From Fibrobacteria bacterium (GTDB lineage: Bacteria; Fibrobacterota; Fibrobacteria; UBA11236), in assembly GCA_043732185.1 (NCBI GenBank), contig JAYTHY010000070.1:1-12131 (forward strand): a stretch of 12,131 nt of DNA, in the 5' to 3' direction. The number at the start of each line of letters is the position of its first letter. Position 1 is the stretch's first letter. This document shows positions 1 to 5,984 of the stretch, piece by piece. A program made the position numbers and the translations under genes. Below the pieces are notes generated by a model. It was not told the DNA's origin. It ran no database searches and saw only the letters and a list, made by a program, of their open reading frames with translations.

Positions 1-843
1 CCTGGCGCATTCAGTCCCATGTATATCGCCATAGTCCGATCCGGCGAAGAAGCGGGGGCATTGGATAAGGTGTTGGACGGCATGGCCAATTACCTGGAGA
101 GCGCGGAAATCATGCGCGGCAAGGTGAAGACGGCCATGCGCTATCCCACTTTCATCGCCGGATTCGTTTCCATTATGATGATTGGAATCATGTGGAAACT
201 CGTACCAACATTCGAAGGCATCTACAAAGGCATGCATGCCGAGTTGCCGCTTCCGACTCAGATGCTGATCACGGTTTCGCACATCGTCCGGGACAATACG
301 GTGCTTTGCTTTCTGACTGCGTTTGGTCTGTTCATCCTGTATAAATACCTGATGACAGTGGAAAAATTCCAAGTAGCCATTCAAAAAAATGTTCTACGCT
401 TTCCTGTCCTAGGCGGCATCATCCAGAAAAATATCTGGGCCACCTATTCGCGCACCATGGCCTTGCTGATGGAAGCGGGGACGCCTATCCTCAAAGCCAA
501 TGAAATTGCAGCGGCGGCAGTTAACAACCGTTATTTCTCAAAGTCCCTGGAACAGGTGTATGCCGGGCTGCGACGAGGTGAAATGTTGAGCGAAGCGCTG
601 GAAGCGAGCGGATTGTTTTCAGTGCTGATTGTCCAACTAGTTTCCACTGGGGAAACCAGCGGCCGCGTGGATGCCCTGCTCCGCAAAGCGGCGGAATTTT
701 ATGAACGCGAAATTCGTAATGTTGTCGATGCTTTATCTTCCATCATCGAGCCGGTGCTGATAGTGATTCTCGGCGCTGTGGTGGGAGGGGTGCTTATTTC
801 CCTGTACATGCCCATTTTCATGGTGGGAAAATTCATCAAATGA
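1..843 (+). CDS. pilC: Type IV pilus/T2SS inner-membrane platform protein (PilC/GspF family), 5' end outside the window
   Basis: The frame is open from base 1 (PGAFSP before the ORF-track Met at 19). Two T2SSF repeats: GEEAGALDKVL...AMRYP+TM and GETSGRVDALL...IIEP+TM...YMPIF. Confidence 0.95.
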   Translation, partial: PGAFSPMYIAIVRSGEEAGALDKVLDGMANYLESAEIMRGKVKTAMRYPTFIAGFVSIMMIGIMWKLVPTFEGIYKGMHAELPLPTQMLITVSHIVRDNTVLCFLTAFGLFILYKYLMTVEKFQVAIQKNVLRFPVLGGIIQKNIWATYSRTMALLMEAGTPILKANEIAAAAVNNRYFSKSLEQVYAGLRRGEMLSEALEASGLFSVLIVQLVSTGETSGRVDALLRKAAEFYEREIRNVVDALSSIIEPVLIVILGAVVGGVLISLYMPIFMVGKFIK

Positions 844-868
844 AATTTGGAAATACGCGTGCCGATAA
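841..868 (+). promoter_or_regulatory. Candidate pilin promoter: sigma28-type -10 box overlapping a sigma54-like -24/-12 site
   Basis: GCCGATAA at 861-868 is an exact FliA -10 consensus, with GAAA (3/4 match to TAAA) at 842-845, 15 nt upstream. TGG (848-850) and TGC (860-862) give GG-N10-GC spacing. Confidence 0.55.
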
Positions 869-923
869 CTGTGTCTTATATAAACCGTTTTGTGCTCTTT
901 CTCTAACCTTAACGTCATCCCAT

Positions 924-928
924 AGGAG
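924..928 (+). promoter_or_regulatory. Shine-Dalgarno site of the major pilin
   Basis: AGGAG 6 nt upstream of ATG 935. Confidence 0.85.
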
Positions 929-934
929 ATTTTC

Positions 935-1360
935 ATGTTTACAGTAAACCGTAAAAAAGGTCAAAAGGGCTTCACCCTTGTTGAAGTTATTGTCGTGGCG
1001 GTGATTGTGGCTGCGCTGGCCGCTGTGGCGATTCCACTTTACCTCAGCTACGTAGATTCAACTCGGAAAAATGCGGCCGCCAATGCTGCGGGCTCAGTAG
1101 CTTCATTTGCAGGCGCTTGCCGTAACACTGGCGGTACTATTGACTTAACAGGTGGAACTGCAGCAGTAACAACTGGTGGGGTAACAACTCCAGGTACACC
1201 TGCGACTGGTGCAACATGCAGTGTAAATGGATCAACTGTCCAAATACCAGCGGATATCATAATAATAAATACTCGGCCAGCAAATGCGACTGGACCTGGA
1301 AGAATAACTGGTAGACATAATTTATCAGCTGCTGCAGATACTAGTGGATATAGCTACTAG
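935..1360 (+). CDS. pilA: Probable major type IV pilin (prepilin with class III signal peptide)
   Basis: Basic leader, KG|FTLVE cleavage/methylation motif with E5, hydrophobic helix ending AIPLY. Own promoter and strong SD. Gly/Thr/Ala-rich globular domain with two Cys. Confidence 0.85.
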   Translation: MFTVNRKKGQKGFTLVEVIVVAVIVAALAAVAIPLYLSYVDSTRKNAAANAAGSVASFAGACRNTGGTIDLTGGTAAVTTGGVTTPGTPATGATCSVNGSTVQIPADIIIINTRPANATGPGRITGRHNLSAAADTSGYSY

Positions 1361-1361
1361 T
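1340..1361 (+). other. Stem-loop spanning the major pilin stop codon
   Basis: ACTAGTGG (1340-1347) pairs with CTACTAGT (1354-1361) with one G-U pair and a 6-nt loop. There is no U-tract. Confidence 0.4.
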
Positions 1362-1374
1362 CCATAATCCCCGC

Positions 1375-1716
1375 ATGCACCGAAATAAAGGCTTTGTCCT
1401 AGCAGAAGTCTTGGTGGTGGCAGTCATCGTTGCAATTCTGGCAGCGGTGGCGATACCGGTTTATACCAGTTATGTGAGTGATCAGCGCCAGGAAGTGGTC
1501 AATAACCTGGCACAGACGGCATCGGTTTCCGCCAATATCTTTTGGCGCAGATTTGGACATGCACCCCGTTCCGATACCCAGGAACATACCATTGAAGACC
1601 TAAAAATGTTCTTGCCCGATCCGGATCGTTTTCAAATCATAATAGACAGTCCAATGGTGATGGTAAAAGACACCACGTATAGATTTGAATCTGATTCTGT
1701 GAAATTCATACAGTAA
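1375..1716 (+). CDS. Second type IV pilin / PilE-like minor pilin
   Basis: KG|FVLAE motif. The N-terminal helix EVLVVAVIVAILAAVAIPVYTSYV is nearly identical to that of the first pilin. Confidence 0.88.
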   Translation: MHRNKGFVLAEVLVVAVIVAILAAVAIPVYTSYVSDQRQEVVNNLAQTASVSANIFWRRFGHAPRSDTQEHTIEDLKMFLPDPDRFQIIIDSPMVMVKDTTYRFESDSVKFIQ

Positions 1717-1739
1717 TGGACGGATAGAATCCTTGACTC

Positions 1740-2201
1740 ATGCAAACTAAAAAGGTGATTCTTTTAAACCAACGAGGAGTTACGCTCATTGAGCTGATGG
1801 TGGCCTCCATCATTTTGGGAATTACCACCACTGGTGTTCTGACAATGCTGGGCAGCGGCAGAAATATGGACATTGCCAATTCCCTTCGCAGACAGGCTAG
1901 GTTAACAGCCATCGCCATACTGGAAGATTCTCTCTATCATTATTCCAAATACGCTGCCTGTCTTCCCAGGATTGACACTAGGACGGTAACCTTGGAACCA
2001 GCCATACCATCTATCTACCTAATAGGCGACGAACCAACTCCTGTGCCCGCAACTGCCACCATTACTATCACCAACGACCCTAGTCTCATTTGGGCCGGCC
2101 AGGCGACCGAGTCTCGAACAATTCAAGTGAATGTGGCTTGGCCGGCAGCTTCACCAACTGACACGGTCACTTTAGTCAAACGGATCACAAACGCCAAATG
2201 A
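1740..2201 (+). CDS. Minor pilin, PilV/GspI-like
   Basis: QRG|VTLIELMVA class III signal. C-terminal 'IQVNVAWP' strand typical of PilV/GspI-like proteins. Position in the cluster fits. Confidence 0.82.
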   Translation: MQTKKVILLNQRGVTLIELMVASIILGITTTGVLTMLGSGRNMDIANSLRRQARLTAIAILEDSLYHYSKYAACLPRIDTRTVTLEPAIPSIYLIGDEPTPVPATATITITNDPSLIWAGQATESRTIQVNVAWPAASPTDTVTLVKRITNAK

Positions 2202-2701
2202 ACTCATCCACTGGATTCACCTTGGTGGAAGTTCTGGTCACGGGATTGTTGGCTTCGATATTAGCCGGAGCCATTATTTCCTCGTTGTACATGACAAATT
2301 TGCAAACCAAAGAAGGTATTGGCACCGAACGATTAATTCAAATCTCCGTCGCAGCCACTGAGGAAATTCGACGTAAAGTTCGACGCGCTACTACGTTGGT
2401 CCAATACCTTCCTCCATCACATTCCGGAATAATTTTGTTAGACTCAGCTGGTTTGGCAATAGGAGGCTTCACCTATCAATCTGCAATACTGCAAGAACTT
2501 ATTCCTGGAACCGGTTGGAGGCCCATGATGATAGGCAACGACACAGTGCGCGTTTTCAACGATACAGCCTTAAGCAATTTTTTCGTGTCCCCTACGGGAA
2601 TCGGCCTTTCTTTTAGGCTTCGTTTTCAATTGTCCGAATTCGGTAAAACCTTTTATTTCCCTGCAATACAGGACCAAGTACAATGCCGCGGCAATCTCTA
2701 A
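2198..2701 (+). CDS. Minor pilin, PilW/GspJ-like
   Basis: STG|FTLVEVLV signal, long helix ending EEIRRKVRRA, ATGA overlap with the previous gene. Confidence 0.82.
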   Translation: MNSSTGFTLVEVLVTGLLASILAGAIISSLYMTNLQTKEGIGTERLIQISVAATEEIRRKVRRATTLVQYLPPSHSGIILLDSAGLAIGGFTYQSAILQELIPGTGWRPMMIGNDTVRVFNDTALSNFFVSPTGIGLSFRLRFQLSEFGKTFYFPAIQDQVQCRGNL

Positions 2702-3171
2702 AAAACCAAAAAGGTTCTATTTTAGTAGGTGTCATACTCCTCTCATTGGCTATGACGATAGCGGCGGCAGGATTTCTCCTATATGTATCCAATGGAAGCA
2801 AAGATACGGACCAGGCTGTCCAGGATATGGCACTGTACAATGCCGCGGAGTCTGGCATGCTAATGGGGGTTCGATGGATGCGCGGACAAACAAAGGCAGG
2901 CCTGGAAGCAGGATTGGTGGACAGACTACTATCGGATACTGTTGGCGAGTATGCTTTCATTGATGGATATCGAGTTAGGGTATGGCTGCAAGGTAATCCC
3001 AATCGACTTTTGAAATGTTTGGCGACCAAAGGCCCCCGCGAGGATACTTTAGGCATTACCTGGCATATAAAAGATACTGTCGCCCGTGGTCCTGATTGGC
3101 CAGCCGGACCCTTGCTCTCCAGCCCTGATCTCAATAATTGGAAGGATACCCTGAAACCGGGATACCGATAA
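2683..3171 (+). CDS. Minor pilin, PilX/GspK-like
   Basis: QKG|SILVG signal lacking E5 (typical of PilX/GspK) and an ALYNAAESG motif of the PilX N-terminal family. Confidence 0.82.
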   Translation: MPRQSLKNQKGSILVGVILLSLAMTIAAAGFLLYVSNGSKDTDQAVQDMALYNAAESGMLMGVRWMRGQTKAGLEAGLVDRLLSDTVGEYAFIDGYRVRVWLQGNPNRLLKCLATKGPREDTLGITWHIKDTVARGPDWPAGPLLSSPDLNNWKDTLKPGYR

Positions 3172-3178
3172 CAAAACC

Positions 3179-4129
3179 ATGGTCAAAAGAACGATTCAAG
3201 CCTCCAAACCAGGATTCACTGTCGGCATCGAACACGATCAACACGGTATCCGCGCCGCCCGCCTTGCCATTGATGGCCGGGGTGGCTTCAACGTGGATCG
3301 ATTGGAAGAAGTCAAAGGCAATTACGCTGAGGATGCAGGGCTGTTGGAGGGCTTCAAGCAAATCAAAGAGCTGCTGAATATCTCGCCCAATGATGCCTTG
3401 GTGGCCTGCCTTTCCGGCAAGCAAGTGTATGCCGCCGAAATCGAATTCCGCAAGCTTCCGCATGAAGATATGGAACAGGCGTTACGCCTGGAGCTGCGCA
3501 AAACTGTCCACTTTGAAGTGGCTACGTCCACACTGGATTATCAAATTCTTTCCGATGGCGATGCCAGTGGCAGCCTGGTACAGGTTTTGGTTGCCCTGGC
3601 CTCCAATTCCCTACTCCACCGGGAAACCGGTCTCCTTGAAAAAGCAGGGTTGAAGCCAACAGCAGTCGATGTTTTATCCATTGTTGTGGCCAATGCCATG
3701 TGGAGCTGGAAAGCCGCCGACGCAGAAAACCACCCCTTGGTTGCCTTGCATGTAGGACCTCAAGTGTCCACAATCGTCATCGATGGAAATGATTCTCCAT
3801 TTTTCAATCGTAACGTTTACTTCTCCGCAGAGGACACGCTAGGCAAGCACACGGCCCCGGAGGAAAGGGACAAACGGATTAAAGACCTTGCCGATGAGGT
3901 CGCGCGATCGTTGGCTTTCTATGAAAAAAGCAGCTTCGGATACGATTTTAAGGAACTGCTCTTGTTAGGGGAGTTTCTGGACGCACCTTCCTTGGAAGAG
4001 CAATTGCGCCGGCATGCTGGATTAAAAGTGCAGAAAATGAACTTGCCCAAACACCTGGGCTACACAGGAAATATTGAGGCGGGACATTTTGACCTTGCCG
4101 TAGCTCTGGCCCTAAGGGGTGAAAAATGA
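3179..4129 (+). CDS. pilM: PilM-like cytoplasmic alignment protein (actin-like fold)
   Basis: LDYQIL, 'LLEKAGLKPTAVDV', 'LADEVARSLAFY' and C-terminal 'AVALALRG' are all PilM-typical. No TM segment. Precedes pilN. Confidence 0.88.
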   Translation: MVKRTIQASKPGFTVGIEHDQHGIRAARLAIDGRGGFNVDRLEEVKGNYAEDAGLLEGFKQIKELLNISPNDALVACLSGKQVYAAEIEFRKLPHEDMEQALRLELRKTVHFEVATSTLDYQILSDGDASGSLVQVLVALASNSLLHRETGLLEKAGLKPTAVDVLSIVVANAMWSWKAADAENHPLVALHVGPQVSTIVIDGNDSPFFNRNVYFSAEDTLGKHTAPEERDKRIKDLADEVARSLAFYEKSSFGYDFKELLLLGEFLDAPSLEEQLRRHAGLKVQKMNLPKHLGYTGNIEAGHFDLAVALALRGEK

Positions 4130-4716
4130 TTCCCAAAGGTCCAGCGCTCTACAGGATCAACTTAATCCGTGAGTTGCGCGAACGCGAGAAGAAAGCCGAA
4201 AAGCAACGCAGTTTTACGGCCCTGGTAGGCATAGTTTGTTTTGGATTTTTCATTCTCTCTTTGCTTTATTCTGCCTTAACTATTTGGAAAATGGAAAACG
4301 TTTTGTCTGGGGAAAAAATCAAACTCGCCCATTTGAAATCGGAATACACCAAATATAAAGAGACGAAACTCATCGTCGACAAAACCGATATTGAAATGCT
4401 TAATGAATTGCAAGGCCGTGGTATTTTGTGGACAAAAAAATTGGTGTCCATTGCCAAACATCTTCCTGAGGATTATTCCATAAGTCGCTTCAGTTACACC
4501 AATAATGAATTGCATGTATTCGGTCAGGGCTTTGTCTCTCAAGATCAAGAACAGCTGCTGGTGCTTGATGCCTTTCTCAATCGATTGAGGGCCGATACAA
4601 CGTTCAACGATATTTTTAGCGACGTTCATCTCAATTCTGCTCAAAGACAGGCGGATAATGCCGGAAAAATCGCTTTTGATTTTACCGCATATACTAAAAA
4701 CGGAGGCAAGAAATGA
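4126..4716 (+). CDS. pilN: PilN-like inner-membrane alignment protein
   Basis: N-terminal RINLI (variant of the INLLP PilM-binding motif), single TM, coiled coil, then 'W..KL..IAKHLPED..I' ferredoxin-like domain. ATGA overlap with pilM. Confidence 0.88.
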   Translation: MIPKGPALYRINLIRELREREKKAEKQRSFTALVGIVCFGFFILSLLYSALTIWKMENVLSGEKIKLAHLKSEYTKYKETKLIVDKTDIEMLNELQGRGILWTKKLVSIAKHLPEDYSISRFSYTNNELHVFGQGFVSQDQEQLLVLDAFLNRLRADTTFNDIFSDVHLNSAQRQADNAGKIAFDFTAYTKNGGKK

Positions 4717-5297
4717 AATCCAGTGAAGCCCTCCTCGTGCTGATGGCCGTGATTGCAGTTGGAGTCATTCCCGCAGATCTGCTCTATGCGTCCCATTTCG
4801 TGCCGCGTTTCAAGGAAATTGATAAGCAAAGAATTGTGACTTCCAATCAATTGGCCACCGCTAAAATAGTGTCGGAAAACCTAAACCATGTGCGGGACTT
4901 GGTCTTTAGAAACATGGAGTTTTCCGGGCAAAAAGATTCCATTTCCCAGGAAACTATTGTATTCGATTTTTTGACAGCATGCGTGAATGACCTTAAAATG
5001 CGGATGGTTTCTGTGCGTCCTTCGCATCCGACTATTTCCGGAAGAGTCACCACATACGGGTATGATATTCAATTGGAAGGGGACTTCTTTTCTTTCGGTG
5101 AATTTTGTTCCAAACTGGAAAACAGCCAGCGCCTGTTGGCCTTGACTTCTTTTGAAGTCGCGCAAATCAGCAAAGATATACCTGCGCCCACAATTGGCAA
5201 GAGCCCAAAAAGCCAATCAGCCGCGGGGCCAACATCCCGCCGCGGCATTTCCATCAATTTGCATCTAGACACCTTTCGAGTCAGAAAGGGGGCTTAA
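4713..5297 (+). CDS. pilO: PilO-like inner-membrane alignment protein
   Basis: N-terminal TM, coiled coil, 'IQLEGDFFSFGEFCSKLENSQRLL' PilO/GspM core motif. ATGA overlap with pilN. Confidence 0.88.
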   Translation: MKSSEALLVLMAVIAVGVIPADLLYASHFVPRFKEIDKQRIVTSNQLATAKIVSENLNHVRDLVFRNMEFSGQKDSISQETIVFDFLTACVNDLKMRMVSVRPSHPTISGRVTTYGYDIQLEGDFFSFGEFCSKLENSQRLLALTSFEVAQISKDIPAPTIGKSPKSQSAAGPTSRRGISINLHLDTFRVRKGA

Positions 5298-5870
5298 TTG
5301 AAATACACACCTTTTCCCATTGCTGCCGCTTTGGCAATGCTGCTATCCTTAGCGATTACACTGCGTATATTTTCCCAGCATCGAGGTTTTAATCGAGTGG
5401 TGGATGAAAGCTTTTCCACCAGTGAAGGGTATGATCAGAAATTCATCGACTTAGTCAACCACATTGAAGACGTCTTAACGCGCCGAGCCAGTTTTGCTTA
5501 TCCGGGCGGCAAAGACCCCATGACAGGCAGACGCCGCGAGGTGGCCAGTGCCCCTGCCGAATCCGCTCCACATGCCGGAACCGCGACAACGACCAATGTA
5601 AATAGCCATGCTATTCCCGGCCCAACGGACTCCAGCAACGCCCCAGCAGCCCCCACCGACCGCGTCAAGCTCACCGCCATCATCGCCGATGACTATGGCC
5701 AGCATACCGCTATCGTCATGAATGGAGAACGATCCCAAAGTGTCGATGTCGGAGATATGGTAGGCGATCGCAAAGTCCTAAAAATTACGGCTAAGGGAAT
5801 TGTTTTGGAAACGGATACGGAAATTTTCACTTACGATATTTCCGGAAACAGGACCTATCAGCATAAATGA
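5298..5870 (+). CDS. PilP/GspC-like protein with C-terminal HR domain
   Basis: TTG start directly after the pilO stop, with purine-rich AAAGGGGG upstream. N-terminal hydrophobic anchor, 'KDPM' (cf. PilP RDPF), Pro/Ala/Thr linker, then 'KLTAII...TAIV...VDVGDMVGDRKVLKITAKGIVL' HR domain. Confidence 0.8.
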   Translation: MKYTPFPIAAALAMLLSLAITLRIFSQHRGFNRVVDESFSTSEGYDQKFIDLVNHIEDVLTRRASFAYPGGKDPMTGRRREVASAPAESAPHAGTATTTNVNSHAIPGPTDSSNAPAAPTDRVKLTAIIADDYGQHTAIVMNGERSQSVDVGDMVGDRKVLKITAKGIVLETDTEIFTYDISGNRTYQHK

Positions 5871-5984
5871 TGTGCGCGCACGGGCCATGATTGGCTTGGT
5901 CCAATTACTACTTTTGCCATTACTATCGCATACAGACTTCCAGGTTCCCACTCTGTTGGACCCGGATTCAGGAGAGGAAAAAGC

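Noticed and set aside
935..1360. Conductive e-pilin
   Set aside because: The pilin is full length and has few aromatic residues, with long aromatic-free gaps.
2613..3134. 173-aa antisense ORF and other shadow ORFs (e.g. 6117-6602, 8371-8748, 9612-10202)
   Set aside because: They overlap well-supported genes on the opposite strand and show no recognisable motifs or ribosome-binding sites.
935..3171. Diversity-generating retroelement or shufflon acting on the pilins
   Set aside because: No reverse transcriptase, recombinase, TR/VR pair or repeated inversion sites were seen in the window.
3212..3232. KPG|FTVGIE at the PilM N-terminus resembling a prepilin cleavage site
   Set aside because: There is no E5 and no hydrophobic helix after it. 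It is the first strand of the actin-like fold.
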